Origin: an uncultured Actinomycetota bacterium
GTDB lineage: Bacteria; Actinomycetota; Actinomycetes; Mycobacteriales; Mycobacteriaceae
NCBI GenBank assembly: GCA_963737385.1
Contig: CAVTSZ010000025.1
Location: 109,848-173,847 of the forward strand
Direction of reading: 5' to 3'
Length of the DNA stretch: 64,000 bases
In this document: in pieces, positions 32,328 to 44,675 of the stretch
Layout: every line of letters begins with the position of its first letter
How positions within the stretch are numbered: position 1 is the stretch's first letter
The notes under the pieces: model-generated
The model's input: the letters and a program-made list of their open reading frames with translations, nothing else
What the model was told of the DNA's origin: nothing
Databases searched by the model: none
Made by a program: the position numbers and the translations under genes

Positions 32328-33665
32328 ATGGATCTGGGCAGCGTCGCACCAGCAGCAGGTGCCGAATGGATCGGGACCGTTCCGCACGAGGACCTGGTGC
32401 GCGGTATCCGCCCGCAACTGCCGTCCGACGACCCGTTCTACGAACCTCCCACGGGCTACCAGCACGCAACGCCGGGAACCGTCCTGCGCAGTCGGGACGT
32501 CGAGATGGCTTTCATGGGCCTGATCCCGCAGCGCGTCAAGGCCACTCAGCTGCTCTATCGCACGACGGACAGGCATGGAAACGCCGATGCCGCGGCCACC
32601 ACGGTGATCGTGCCGGCCGAGCGCGCGCCCCAGGCCGTCACCCCAATCCTCTCTTACCAATGCGCGATCGACGCCGTCACCTCGCGATGCTTTCCGTCGT
32701 ATGCCCTGCGGCGATACGCGCAGGCGACAGGCGCCGTCGCGCAGTTCGAGTTTCTGCTCGTCGCGGCCGCGCTCGCGGAGGGCTGGGCGGTATCGGTACC
32801 AGACCACGAGGGTCTCACCGGTATGTGGGGTGCGCCGTACGAGCCCGGTTATCACGTCCTGGATGGTCTGCGCGCCGCCCTCAGCACGCAACGCCTGGGC
32901 CTGTCTCCGGATGCGCCGATCGGTCTCTGGGGCTACTCCGGCGGCGGGCTCGCCAGCGCATGGGCCGCCGAGATGAGCGGCTCCTACGCACCCGAACTGA
33001 ATATCGTCGGCGCGGTGCTCGGATCGCCCGTCGGCGACCTGGGCGAGACCTTCCGCCGGCTCAACGGAACCGTCATGTCCGGGCTGCCCGCGCTCGTCGT
33101 TGCGGCACTCGGTGACATCTATCCCGACCTCAACCGGATCATCCAGCACCACGCCACCGAAGAGGGCAAGGCGCTGCTGCTGCGGCTGCATGGCATGACC
33201 ACCGCAGAGGCGGTCATCCGGATGGCCAAGAAGGACATGGACGACATGGTCGACGTGCCGCTCGAGCAGATACTCGACACCCCGGAGGTCCAGCACGTCT
33301 TCGCCGACATCAAACTCGGCGTCGCGGTGCCGACCCCGCCGGTGCTGATCGTGCAGGCTGTCCACGACCAGCTGATCTCGGTCGAGAACATCGACGAGCT
33401 GGCCGACACCTACCAATCGGGCGGGGCGTCGGTGACCTACCACCGCGACATGTTCAGCGAGCACCTGCTGATGCACCCCATGTCCGCGCCGATGACGTTG
33501 CGCTGGCTGACCGACCGTTTCAACGGAAAGCCGTTGTCCGAGCACATGGTTCGCACCAAGTGGCCGACGTTGCTGAACCCGATGACCTACATCGGCATGG
33601 CGCGGCTGGCAAAGATCGTCGCCAAGGTGGTCACGGGTAAGACGGTCGAGCGCTCTCCGCTGTGA
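32328..33665 (+). CDS. Secretory-lipase family protein (Rv1592c-like)
   Basis: DDPFY, LLYRTT, VPDHEG, WGYSGGG. Confidence 0.92.
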   Translation: MDLGSVAPAAGAEWIGTVPHEDLVRGIRPQLPSDDPFYEPPTGYQHATPGTVLRSRDVEMAFMGLIPQRVKATQLLYRTTDRHGNADAAATTVIVPAERAPQAVTPILSYQCAIDAVTSRCFPSYALRRYAQATGAVAQFEFLLVAAALAEGWAVSVPDHEGLTGMWGAPYEPGYHVLDGLRAALSTQRLGLSPDAPIGLWGYSGGGLASAWAAEMSGSYAPELNIVGAVLGSPVGDLGETFRRLNGTVMSGLPALVVAALGDIYPDLNRIIQHHATEEGKALLLRLHGMTTAEAVIRMAKKDMDDMVDVPLEQILDTPEVQHVFADIKLGVAVPTPPVLIVQAVHDQLISVENIDELADTYQSGGASVTYHRDMFSEHLLMHPMSAPMTLRWLTDRFNGKPLSEHMVRTKWPTLLNPMTYIGMARLAKIVAKVVTGKTVERSPL

Positions 33666-34184
33666 CTTTGCGGGCAGTTCAGTACCGTCTCGCCTGAGGA
33701 TGTGGCGGCTCGCCAGGAGCCGTCGGCGGGCATTGGTCCGCAGCACCAACGTCTCAGCAACATCGCAGACAACAGCGCCGGCTACTGCATCGCTAGCCAT
33801 GGTTGGCCATGTCGAATCAGGCAAACCGCTGCGCAAATTCATTGCGTGTTTTCGCTGCCTGGATATGAATAGTTCGCAATTCGTCCACAAGGTTAATAGT
33901 TGATTGCTCAACGTTTCTTGACGCTGAGCCTCCGAATTTGTACTTCCAATATCTTTCACTTTGCATGGACCCAAGGCGGCTGACTAGCCGTCGTACATGC
34001 TAGACGCGAAGTTTGCTCGGCATGACCTTACGGGAAGGAAACCTTCGTCCACCTGCCGCGAACGTCAAAATAAATCCGGCAAATAGCCGTTCACGACCTC
34101 AGCGGGAGCGTAGAACTCATAGAGGGTCGCGCAGTTATCTCATTAGCCGACATAGGGCGCTCCTACGGGACAGGGACACGAGCG

Positions 34185-35965
34185 ATGAGTCAAAGCCAGG
34201 GAACGACGATGATCACCGCTGCCGCGGCGGCGGGTGTGCTGGTCGCGGCGGGTATCGCGGCAGTCGGTAGTGAGGAGCCGACGGCAGCGGCGCCGAAGTC
34301 GGCACCGCCGGTCTCCAGTGTGGCGCCCTACGCCACGCCGAACACGCTGTACCGGCCCATCGTGTTGACGGCCAGCGGATGGTCATCGCAGGGGGTGCCG
34401 GGCTCCGAGGGTTTCGTCGTCTCCGGCGGCTCCGCGGGCACCAATGCAGGGACCTCCGCAGCCGGGGGCTGTGCACTTTTGCTCGGCTGTTCGCAATCCC
34501 CCGCAGGAGGTGGGACGGCTGCCAGCCGGCTCACCGGGTGGGTCGACGATGTTCGGGACCACGCTCGCCGCGGCAGGCTTGAGCGCCTTTGCGACCGGGG
34601 ACCCCGCATCGGCTCGGTCGATGACCTTTGCGATGGGAAATGCCACTGCGGCCACGCTTGTCGGGCCCACGCCGTCGCCGTTCGGCCTCATCGGCGGCGC
34701 GATCGCCTTCTTCATCAGCGACGGGACTGAAGAAAACCCGAACGCCGGCCTGTTGTTCGGCGACGGTTGGGACAGCACCACACCCGGCGTGGACGGCGGC
34801 CGCGGCGGCCTGCTGTTCGGCAACGGCGGCGACGGCGCCGACGGTGACGCCACGAATCCGGACGGCAGCAACGGCGGCCGCGGCGGCCTGCTGTTCGGCG
34901 ACGGCGGCGACGGCGGCAACGGGGTTTCAGTGGACCGCAGTCGGCGCAGCACCTGCGACCGGCGGCGCCGGCGGAACCGGCGGCGACTCCGGCATCTTCG
35001 GTGACGCCGGCAACGGCGGGGCCGGCGGTGCTGCCGATAGCCAATCTGGCGCAGCGCGAGTCGGCGGTGCCGGCGGTGCCGGCGGCGACGGTTTCGCCAT
35101 CGGTATCGGCAACGGCGGGACGGGCGGGGCCGGCGGTGCCGCCACCTCGACGGCGGCAACTGCGACAGCCGGCGACGGCGGGACCGGCGGCGACGGCGCC
35201 TGGTTCCTGAGCGAGGGCGGCGGCGGCGGTGTCGGCGGCAACGCCTCCGGCGCTGACGGTTTCATCATCGGGGGCGATGGGGGCAGCGGCGGCCGTGGCG
35301 GGCTCTTGGGAAATGCCGGCGACGGCGCCGACGGTGGCGACGCCACCAGTTCGGCAGTCGGTCCCGAACTGACCGAGGGCGGCGACGGCGGCGAGGGCGG
35401 CGGAGTCATCGGTGTCGGTTCCGGCGGCGACGGCGGCGACGGCGGCAACGCCGAGGGAGGTGGTCCTGTTGTCGGCGGCGACGGCGGCGACGGAAGCGCA
35501 CCCGGCTTCCTGGGTGGCGACGGCGGCAACGGTGGCGACGGTGGCGACGCTGACAGCGCAAATGCCACGGGAACCGGCGGTAACGGGGGCGACGGCGCCG
35601 ACGGCACGGTGTTTGGGGTTGGCGGCGACGGCGGCGACGGCGGCAATGCCGTAGGCGAGACAGGTGCGACCGGCGGTTCGGGTGGCGACGGCGGCGACAG
35701 CGGCGCCTTCAACGACGGCAACTCCGGCGGAGACGGAGGCAGCGCTACTACTAGTTCCGGCACTGCCAACGGCGGCGACGGCGGCACTGGCGGCAACGGC
35801 GGAATCGTCGCCACCGGCGGTTCCGGCGGAACCGGCGGAGACGCCTCAGGCCCAGCCCCAGCGCGCGGCGACGGCGGCAACGGCGGCAGCCCCGACGGGC
35901 CCGGCGGAACCGGCGGGACGGGAACCGGCGGGGCAACCAACGGCAACGACGGCGCGGACGGCTAG
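34185..35965 (+). CDS. PGRS-type glycine-rich protein without PE domain, split by at least two frameshifts (~34440-34540 and ~34933)
   Basis: Hydrophobic N-terminus; FFISDGTEENPNAGLLFGDG linker; GGxGGx/GGDGAD repeats to stop at 35965. Confidence 0.8.
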
Positions 35966-36585
35966 GACAGAGCGCCGTCCACGTTGACGGCCGGGGTCAG
36001 CACCGCCTCTTCGACCGGCGGCCACGCGCCCAGATCGTCGCGCGCGGTCGACACCGCCATGAGCGAATAGACCAGTGCGGCGATCGCCGCGGGAAATAGA
36101 ACTGTGATGGCGGCCAGCAGCGGAGAGTGCCCGAAGAACACGGGCGGTGCCTCGATGACGTAGTGCACGCGATGCTCGGGTGAGATCGGCGCGGCGTCGA
36201 TGTCGATCGCGCCGTACCGCCAATGCACCAGTGCCGCACCGACTCCCGCTGCTGCGCCGGCAGCGGCCGCGGCCCCGAATCCGAGCGCTGCGACCATCAC
36301 CGGGCCGCGGTGTGCACGCCACTTCCACACCAACACCGCGGCGACGAAGGCCGTCGCACACACCATGCCAACCATCATGAAAGCGGCGACGAAGAAGTGG
36401 TCGGCCTCGTTGCCGAGGTAGGCCCGAACCCGATCACCGTCCTTGGTCAACGCCACGACGCCGTGCACCCCCGGTGCCAGCCACGCCCACAGCGCGCCGA
36501 TCGCCGCGCCGGTCAGCGCGAGTGCCACAGCCACGATCACGGCCGCGCGTTTGCGCGAAATCCGCGGTGGGACCATTTCATTCAT
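35962..36585 (-). CDS. DUF2567-type membrane protein (Rv1591-like)
   Basis: TM segments, [16 protein letters not shown]; follows bsaP. Confidence 0.85.
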   Translation of the reverse strand: MNEMVPPRISRKRAAVIVAVALALTGAAIGALWAWLAPGVHGVVALTKDGDRVRAYLGNEADHFFVAAFMMVGMVCATAFVAAVLVWKWRAHRGPVMVAALGFGAAAAAGAAAGVGAALVHWRYGAIDIDAAPISPEHRVHYVIEAPPVFFGHSPLLAAITVLFPAAIAALVYSLMAVSTARDDLGAWPPVEEAVLTPAVNVDGALS

Positions 36586-36776
36586 CGCTGATCCAGATCC
36601 TTGGAGTCGGTGAGGCCATGCCGAGAGCACTGGGCCGACCAGCCGTCAGGGCGTACCTGGACAATCATCCGACGGCCACACTCCGCACAGAACCGCGGCG
36701 GCTCAAGGCCGAGCCGCGCCGCAGTCGGCAGTGCGGTGCCATCGGGTTCGCCGGTGTAGACGTTGAACGCCATCAC
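36582..36776 (-). CDS. bsaP: Biotin synthase auxiliary protein (Rv1590-like)
   Basis: [31 protein letters not shown] directly downstream of bioB. Confidence 0.88.
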   Translation of the reverse strand: MMAFNVYTGEPDGTALPTAARLGLEPPRFCAECGRRMIVQVRPDGWSAQCSRHGLTDSKDLDQR

Positions 36777-36784
36777 TTATCGTT

Positions 36785-37780
36785 CTACAGGCTGGCGTTG
36801 AGAGCCTTGATGGGCATCTGGAGATCGTCGAGCAGTTCCAGGTCCGCCTCGGCCGGCCGGCCCAGCGTCGTCAGGTAGTTGCCGACGATGACCGCGTTGA
36901 TGCCGCCGAGGATTCCCTGTTTGGCGCCCAGGTCGCCGAGCGTGATCTCCCGGCCACCGGCGAAGCGCAGCATGGTGCGCGGCAGGGCCAGCCTGAAAGC
37001 GGCGACCGCCTTCAGCGCCTCCGAAGCAGGCAGCACGTCGAGGTCGCCGAAGGGCGTGCCCGGCCGCGGGTTCAGGAAGTTCAGCGGTACCTCGTGCGGA
37101 TCGAGTTCGGCGAGGTTCGCGGCGAATTCCGCTCGCTGCTCGAGGGTTTCGCCCATGCCGAGGATGCCGCCGCAGCACACCTCCATACCGGCCTCGCGGA
37201 CCATCCGCAGGGTGTCCCACCGCTCTTCCCAGGTGTGGGTGGTCACGACGTTGGTGAAGAACGACCGCGCGGTCTCCAGGTTGTGGTTGTAGCGGTGCAC
37301 GCCCATCTCGGAGAGGCGTTCGACCTGCTCGGCAGTCAGCATGCCCAGCGAGCAGGCGATCTGGATGTCGACCTCGTTGCGGATGGCCTCGATACCCGCG
37401 GCGACCTGCGCCAGCAGTCGCTCATCGGGGCCGCGCACGGCGGCGACGATGCAGAACTCGGTCGCTCCGGTCTTGGCGGTCTGCTTGGCGGCCTCGACCA
37501 GGCTCGGGATATCCAGCCACGCGCTGCGCACCGGCGACGCGAAAAGTCCCGACTGCGAACAGAAGTGGCAGTCCTCGGGACAGCCGCCGGTCTTGAGGCT
37601 GATGATGCCCTCGACCTCGACGTCGGGGCCACACCATTTCATCCGGACCTCGTGCGCGAGTGCCAGGAGTTCGTCCAGCTGGTCCTCGGGCAGCTGCAGC
37701 ACCTGCAGCGTCTGCTCCTGGTCGAGGCCCTCGCCGCGCTCCAGCACCTGCTCGCGAGCCTGAACCAGAATGTCGCTCAC
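36785..37780 (-). CDS. bioB: Biotin synthase
   Basis: CPEDCHFC radical-SAM motif, YNHNLET, GNYLTT. Confidence 0.98.
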   Translation of the reverse strand: MSDILVQAREQVLERGEGLDQEQTLQVLQLPEDQLDELLALAHEVRMKWCGPDVEVEGIISLKTGGCPEDCHFCSQSGLFASPVRSAWLDIPSLVEAAKQTAKTGATEFCIVAAVRGPDERLLAQVAAGIEAIRNEVDIQIACSLGMLTAEQVERLSEMGVHRYNHNLETARSFFTNVVTTHTWEERWDTLRMVREAGMEVCCGGILGMGETLEQRAEFAANLAELDPHEVPLNFLNPRPGTPFGDLDVLPASEALKAVAAFRLALPRTMLRFAGGREITLGDLGAKQGILGGINAVIVGNYLTTLGRPAEADLELLDDLQMPIKALNASL

Positions 37781-37825
37781 CCGAATAGCCTCCCGTGATT
37801 TGAACACGTCGGCCGAGCCGACAAT

Positions 37826-37838
37826 TGAACACCGTTCA
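37826..37838. promoter_or_regulatory. BioQ operator (TGAAC-N3-GTTCA)
   Basis: TGAACACCGTTCA between divergent bioB and bioQ. Confidence 0.88.
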
Positions 37839-37853
37839 GGTTAGGGTACTGGT

Positions 37854-38445
37854 GTGCAGCTCCACAAACGCGACGTCGTGCAGGCGGCGACGACGCTGCT
37901 GGACAGTTACGGGATCGCCGACCTGACAATGCGACGACTCGCACGGGAGCTCGACGTCTCCCCCGGTGCCCTGTACTGGCATTTCGCCAACAAGCAGCAG
38001 CTGCTCGGCGCGGTCGCGGACCGGCTTCTGGAGTCGGTCGACGACGTCCCCGCCGACTGGCGTGAGCGCATCACGGGGATCTGCGCCACGCTGCGCGACG
38101 CCCTGCTGTCCCACACCGACGGCGCCGAGCTGGTGTCGGCCAGCTTCGCGGCCGGTCAATCCGAGGCGATGAAGAACATCGTCGCGCGGCTGACCGACGC
38201 CTGCACCGAAACCGCAGTCGGAGCGGCGCACGCCGAACTCGCGGCCCGCACAGTTGTCTACTACGTGCTCGGCTTCACCGTCGATGAACAGTCGCGGTTG
38301 CAATGGGACGCCGCGGGCGCCGAGTTGCCCGACGAGCAATCGGTACTCACCGATGACGCCAATGCACGGTTTCGCTTCGGCGTGCGACCTGCTCGTCAAC
38401 GGGATCGGCGTCGAGATCAACGTTTTGCAGGGAAAGTCCGAGTAG
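37854..38445 (+). CDS. bioQ: TetR-family biotin repressor (+1 frameshift near 38384)
   Basis: LTMRRLARELDVSPGALYWHFANK; divergent from bioB; corrected C-terminus DLLVNGIG...KSE*. Confidence 0.87.
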
Positions 38446-38471
38446 CGACCTGCAAAAGGTGCATTTCGACG
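38409..38471. repeat. REP-like imperfect palindromic element
   Basis: CGTCGAGATCAACGTTTTGCAGG ... CCTGCAAAAGGTGCATTTCGACG. Confidence 0.65.
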
Positions 38472-38502
38472 TGGGGTCGGAGGCAACGAGTAGCGTCCGA
38501 CG

Positions 38503-38840
38503 GTGATCACCGTCGACGATGTGCGGCGAATCAGCGGCTACGTTGCCCCGGTCTTACGAGGTCGTGGTTCGCGACGAGATCAGGTTCCGCGTCGGACGGC
38601 TCGTCTACGTGGCGTTTTCGCGCGACGAGACGGTGATGGGCGTCGGCTTCCCCAAGGAGGAGCGCGCTGCGATGGTCGCCGTCCGAGCCCGACAAGTTCA
38701 TGCTGCCCCGCAAATCGGACATGCGATACAACTGGGTTCACGTCCGACTCGACGCGATCGACCTCGAGGAACTACGCGAGCTCGTGATCGACGCGTGGCG
38801 GATGTGCGTGCCGAAAAGCGTTGCGGCATTGATCAGCTGA
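38503..38840 (+). CDS. MmcQ/YjbR family protein (two +1 frameshifts, ~38533 and ~38681)
   Basis: MITVDDVRRI / ATLPRSYEVVVRDEIRFRVGRLVYVAFSRDE / EPDKFMLPRKSDMRYNWVHVRLDAIDLEELRELVIDAWRMCVPK. Confidence 0.78.
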
Positions 38841-39341
38841 TCGGATACTCGCGTTTGGCGTTGCCGTCCCAGCGGCGCAACCCCACGACGGCGCCCTTGA
38901 TCTCCTGCGGCTTCCCCGCGATCCGCACGGCCCGGCCCATCTGGGCGGGCACGACGCGCCGCGCCATCGTCACGTGCGCGGTCCACTCGTCCGGCAGCGC
39001 ATTGGGCATCGCATCCGGATGCAGGTGCGGCAGGCACAGCCGGTGGACCTGCGCGTGCACCTCCAGCAGTGCCGTCGTCGGCACCACCAGACGCGCGAGC
39101 ACGGCCTTGGCGCGGCCGAAGAACAGCGGCGCCCCGATTCGGCACGGCAACGGAAACCGACCCGCCAGCGACGCAACAACTCGTCCACTTCGGCATCGAT
39201 CCGCTCGGCGACGGTCAGTGTGGCATGCGGCCGGCTGGCCGGTGCCTGACTGGGAATGCCTGCGTCGCGCAGCTCATCCCAAATGTGCCGGACCGCCGCC
39301 TCGGTGTCCGGGTCGAAGACCAACTCGACGGAATGGACCAT
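38833..39341 (-). CDS. 2'-5' RNA ligase (2H phosphoesterase) family, Rv1571-like (frameshift ~39170)
   Basis: Two HxT motifs, PHATL and AHVTM, in different frames. Confidence 0.85.
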
Positions 39342-39343
39342 CG

Positions 39344-40013
39344 CTAAACCAAACTCGCGACCCAGTCGGAATCGAATGCGGACGCGCTCATGGTCTCGAA
39401 CGCGGCGGAATCAAGGACGCCCGCACCCGCAGGCAGCACGCGCCCGCAGCGAAGCCATATCGGCCAGAGCTTCTCGATTGCCCTCCTCGGCGACACCCGG
39501 GTCGGCGGGCCACGCGCCGATGACCAGGCCAGCACACGGAATCCTCTGGGAGGCAAGTGCTTCCAACGTCAACGCGGTGTGGTTCAGCGTGCCCAGGCCC
39601 GCGGCGACGACGACCAGCACCGGGGCGCCCAAGTCGACGGCGACGTCGCGCAGCGTCACACCCTCGTCACCCAGCTCGACGAGCAGCCCGCCCGCACCTT
39701 CCACCAGCGTCAGGCTCGCCCCGACATCGCGCGCCGAGGAGACCAGCTCCCCGCGGGTGGGCAACGCCAGGCCTGCCCGGTGCGCGGCCGCGACCGGTGC
39801 CAGCGGCTCAGGGTATCGCCACGCCCCCCGCAGGTCCGTCACGCCCGACAGCCGCCCGATATCGGCGAGATCGTCGTCGCGAGGGCTGCCGGTCTGGACC
39901 GGTTTGCACACCGCGACGTCGATGCCGGCCAGGCGGGCATGACAGGCCAGCGCCGCCGTGGCCACCGTCTTCCCGACGCCGGTGTCGGTTCCGGTGATGA
40001 GGAGAATGCTCAC
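39344..40013 (-). CDS. bioD: Dethiobiotin synthetase (+1 frameshift ~39441)
   Basis: [29 protein letters not shown]. Confidence 0.94.
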
Positions 40014-41158
40014 GCGCGGACGGCGAGCACGTCCGTGAGAACCGCACGCGCCAAAGCTATCTCGTCCTCCGACAGGGACGCGCGGGCCGTCAACCGCAGC
40101 CGTGACGTGCCCGCAGGAACGGTCGGCGGGCGGAAGCACCCGACCCTGACACCGCGGTCCAGGCATGCCACGGCCGCCGCCAGCGCCACGTCCGGCTCGC
40201 CCAGGATCACCGACACCACCGCCGACTCAGGTCGCTCACCGACGTCGCACACCGACGCCAGCGCCTCGGCGTGAGCCAGCACCGCCCCCGCGCGCCACGG
40301 CTCGGCGATCAACACGTTCAGCGCCGCCCACGCCGCCCCGACCGCGGCGGGGGCGAGGCCCGTGTCGAAGATGAACGGCCGCGCGGCGTCGATCAGATGG
40401 GCGCGCACCGCCGCCGGTCCGAGTACCACGCCGCCCTGGCTGCCCAGCGCCTTGGACATTGTCGTGGTCATCACGACGTCGGGCGCGCCGGCCAAGCCGA
40501 CCTCGTGCAACAGGCCGCGCCCCCCGTTTCCTCTCACTCCGAGTCCGTGCGCCTCGTCGACGATGAGCAGCGCGCCGTGCCGACGGCACACGTCGTGCAG
40601 CGCCCGCAGCGGGGCCAGCACGCCGTCGGCCGAGAACACCGAGTCGGTCACCACCACCGCCCGTTCCTCGTCACGGCCGGCCAGTGCCGCCTCGACGGCC
40701 GCGACGTCGCGGTGCGGTGCCACCACCACCCGCGCCCGCGACAGCCGGCACGCGTCGACCAGGGACGCGTGGGTGAGGGCATCGGACACCAACAGCGAAC
40801 CGGCTCCAGACAGCGAGACGACGGCGCCCAGGTTGGCGGTGTAGCCCGACGAGAACACCAGCGCCGACTCGGCGCCGACGAAGCCGGCAAGCGCCTGCTC
40901 GAAGCCTTCGTGAATCTCGGCGTTGCCGGTGACCAGTCGTGATCCGGTGGATCCAGCACCCCAGGTGCGCAGCGCGGCCACCCCGCCGTCGATCACATCG
41001 GGATGTCGCGACAGGCCGAGGTAGTCGTTGGAGGCCAGGTCGAGTTCGGTGCCGACGGGCGGGCGGGTGCGTAGGGACCGCCGAAGTCCCGCCGCGCGAC
41101 GCTGCTGCTCGATCTCCTCGAGCCACGCCAGTGGCGAAAGACCTGCGCGCGTCACCAT
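40010..41158 (-). CDS. bioF: 8-amino-7-oxononanoate synthase
   Basis: [39 protein letters not shown]. Confidence 0.97.
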   Translation of the reverse strand: MVTRAGLSPLAWLEEIEQQRRAAGLRRSLRTRPPVGTELDLASNDYLGLSRHPDVIDGGVAALRTWGAGSTGSRLVTGNAEIHEGFEQALAGFVGAESALVFSSGYTANLGAVVSLSGAGSLLVSDALTHASLVDACRLSRARVVVAPHRDVAAVEAALAGRDEERAVVVTDSVFSADGVLAPLRALHDVCRRHGALLIVDEAHGLGVRGNGGRGLLHEVGLAGAPDVVMTTTMSKALGSQGGVVLGPAAVRAHLIDAARPFIFDTGLAPAAVGAAWAALNVLIAEPWRAGAVLAHAEALASVCDVGERPESAVVSVILGEPDVALAAAVACLDRGVRVGCFRPPTVPAGTSRLRLTARASLSEDEIALARAVLTDVLAVRA

Positions 41159-41169
41159 GCTCCTCCAAT

Positions 41170-41182
41170 TGAACGGTGTTCA
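41170..41182. promoter_or_regulatory. Second BioQ operator upstream of bioF, overlapping the bioA stop codon
   Basis: TGAACGGTGTTCA with the same CAAT/GGTTA flanks as the 37826 site. Confidence 0.87.
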
Positions 41183-42473
41183 GGTTAACGCACGGGCCAC
41201 GCCGACCATCGCCGCGGTGATCTGCGCGATCTCGTCAGGCGTGCAGATGTACGGCGGCATCGCGTACACGAGATTGCGGAAGGGTCGCAGCCAGACGCCG
41301 TGCTCGAGCGCGACGGGCGTCGCGACCCGCAGGTCGACCGGCCGGTCCAGCTCGATGACGCCGATGGCGCCGAGCACCCGGACGTCGGCCACCCCCGGAA
41401 GCGAGGCAGCAGGTGTGAGGCCGTCACGCAGGCTCGCCTCGATCGTCCGCACCGACGAACGCCAGTCCCCCGCGAGCAGCAACTCGAGCGACGCCACCCC
41501 GACCGCACACGCCAGGGCGTTGGCCATGAACGTCGGGCCGTGCATCAGTGCACCGGGCTCGTTCGTGCTGATGGTGTGGGCGATCTCACGCGTGCACAGC
41601 GTGGCCGCCAGCGTGATGTAGCCACCCGTGAGCGCCTTCCCGACGCACATGATGTCGGGGCTCACGTGCGCATGGTCGGCGGCGAACATCTCGCCGGTGC
41701 GGCCGAAGCCGGTGGCGATCTCGTCGAAGATCAGCAGCACGTCGTGCCGCGTACAGATATCGCGGAGATCGGTCAGGTACCGCGGATCGTGGAATCGCAT
41801 CCCGCCCGCTCCCTGCACCACCGGTTCGACGATCACGGCGGCCAGCTCGTGGGCGTGCTCGGCGAGTTGCGTCTCGAAGGCCGCGCTGTAGCCCGCGTCG
41901 TATGACGCCGGCACCGCAGGTGCGAACTCCTGGTGCGCCAGCACGTCGGTCCACAACGTGTGCATGCCGCCCGTCGGGGTCACACACGCTCATCGGCGTG
42001 AACGTGTCGCCGTGGTAGCCGCCGCGCCAGGTCATCAGGCGGTGTTTTTCACCCCGGCCGGTGCTGCGCCAGTACTGCAGCGCCATCTTGACCGCCACCT
42101 CCACCGAGACCGACCCCGAGTCACTGAAGAAGACGGTGTCCAGACCGTCCGGCGTGAGCTGCACCAGCAGCTGCGCGAGCCGCGCCGCGGGCTCATGGGT
42201 CAGCCCGCCGAACATGACGTGGTTCATGGTGGCCAGCTGGTCGGTGATCGCCGCGTCCAGCGCCGGGTGGCCATGCCCGTGGATGGCGGTCCACCACGAG
42301 GCCATCGCGTCGAGAACCTGCACCTCTCGCCCGTCGCGGCTCAGGGTCAGCCAGGCGCCGTGGGCACCCACCGCGACCACCGGAGCCAGGGCTTCCGCAC
42401 CGATCGTGCTGTAGGGATGCCAGACGTGGGCGGCGTCGATGGCGCTGATCTCGGCGGGCGTCAGTGCTGCCAC
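41180..42473 (-). CDS. bioA: DAPA aminotransferase (+1 frameshift ~41970)
   Basis: [20 protein letters not shown] / [26 protein letters not shown]. Confidence 0.95.
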
Positions 42474-42496
42474 CTTCGGTAGATTATCCGTCGACC

Positions 42497-44675
42497 ATGA
42501 TTGCCCTCGCCCCTCCCCGGTCGGCGCCCGTCGCCGAGCCGGAACCTCCGTCACGCACTCCGAACGCTCCCAAGGGTCCGCGTACTTCGGATTACTACCG
42601 GCACGACCTCGACGGTCTGCGCGGTGTCGCGATCCTCCTCGTCGCGGTGTTCCACGTGTGGTTCGGCCGTGTTTCAGGTGGTGTCGACGTCTTCCTGGCG
42701 CTGTCGGGTTTCTTCTTCGGCGGACGTCTGCTGCGCACGGCGATGACGCCCGACGCATCGCTGTGGCCCGTGCCGGAGGTCACCCGGCTGGTTCGCCGAC
42801 TGCTGCCCGCGCTGGTGGTGGTGCTTGCGGCCGCGGCGGTCCTGACGATTCTCATCCAGCCCGAAACCCGTTGGGAGACATTCGCCGACCAGAGCCTGGC
42901 CAGTCTCGGCTACTACCAGAACTGGGAGTTGGCCAACACCGCGTCGGATTATCTTCGTGCCGGTGAGGCCGTCAGCCCGCTGCAGCACATCTGGTCGATG
43001 TCGGTACAGGGCCAGTTCTACATCGCCTTCCTGGCGCTGATCTTCGGGTGCGCCGTGCTGTTCCGCCGGGTCTTCGGCCGCCATATGCGGATCGCGTTCA
43101 TCGCGCTGCTGAGCGCGCTGACCATCGCATCCTTCGTCTACGCGATCTTCGCCCACAACGCCGACCAGGCCACGGCGTACTACAACAGCTTCGCGCGGGC
43201 GTGGGAGCTGCTTCTGGGCGCCCTGGTGGGCGCGCTGGTGCCTCATCTGCGCTGGCCGATGTGGCTGCGGACGACGGCCGCGGTGATCGCACTGGCCGCG
43301 ATTCTCGCGTGCGGCGCACTGATCGACGGGGTGCACGAGTTTCCGGGCCCGTGGGCGCTGGTGCCGGTCGGCGCGACGATGCTGTTCATCCTCTCCGCGG
43401 CGAACCGAGTGGCCGATCCGCACACCGGCGGCCGCATGCCCGCACCGAACCGTCTGCTCGCGACCAGGCCGTTCGTGGCGCTCGGCGCGATGGCCTACTC
43501 GCTGTACCTGTGGCACTGGCCGCTGCTGATCTTCTACCTGTCCTACACAGGGCGGCCGCGCGTCAACTTCCTCGAGGGCGCCTGCGTGCTGCTGGTCTCC
43601 GGGGTACTGGCATGGCTGACCACCAAATGCGTCGAGAACCCGCTGCGCTACCGGGCACCCGCGACGTCGGCCCCGACCGTCCCCCTGCGCACCCGGTTGC
43701 GTCGGCCGACGATGGTGCTGGGCTCGATCGTCGTGTTGTTGGGAGTGGCGCTGACCGCGACCTCGTTCACCTGGCGCGAGCACGTGACCGTCCAACGCTC
43801 GACCGGCGAAGAGCTGACGGGTCTGTCGTTGCGCGACTACCCCGGCGCCCGGGCACTTCTGAACAACGCGAAAGTGCCGAAGCTACCCATGCGTCCGACC
43901 GTCCTGGAAGCCAAGAAAGGACCTGCCGCGAACCACCGAGGACGGCTGTATCAGTGACTTCGACAACGTCGACGTCATCAATTGCACCTACGGCGACGAA
44001 TCGGCGACCCGCACCATCGCGCTCGCGGGCGGTTCGCACGCCGAACACTGGATCACCGCCCTCGATCTGCTCGGCCGGAAGCACCACTTCAAGGTGGTCA
44101 CGTATCTGAAGATGGGCTGCCCGCTGACCACCGAGGAAGTGCCACTGGTGATGGGCGACAACCGCCCCTATCCGAAGTGCCGCGAGTGGAACGAGCGGGT
44201 GATGGACAAGCTCATCTCCGACCACCCCGACTTCGTGTTCACCACCGCGACGCGGCCGTGGAACATCAAACCAGGCGATGTGATGCCCGGCACCTACATC
44301 GGAATCTGGCAGACGTTGTCCGACAACAACATTCCGATTCTGGCGATGCGGGATACCCCGTGGCTGGTACGCAACGGTCAACCGTATTTCCCTGCCGACT
44401 GCCTGGCCGACGGCGGTGACGCCATCTCCTGCGGAGTGAAGCGATCCGACGTACTGTCGCCGTATAACTCCACACTCGATTTCGTCGCGCAGTTCCCGTT
44501 GCTCAAGCCGTTGGACATGAGCGACGCGCTGTGCCGCAAGGACATCTGTCGCGCGGTAGAGGGAAATGTGTTGCTGTATCACGATGCCCATCACATCTCG
44601 ACCACCTACGTGCACACGATGACCGCCGAACTCGGACGTCAGATCGCTGCCGCCACTGGTTGGTGGGTCAACTGA
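42497..44675 (+). CDS. AT3 acyltransferase with SGNH domain (Rv1565c-like; +1 frameshift ~43918)
   Basis: [33 protein letters not shown]; GGSHA and DAHH in the downstream frame. Confidence 0.92.
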
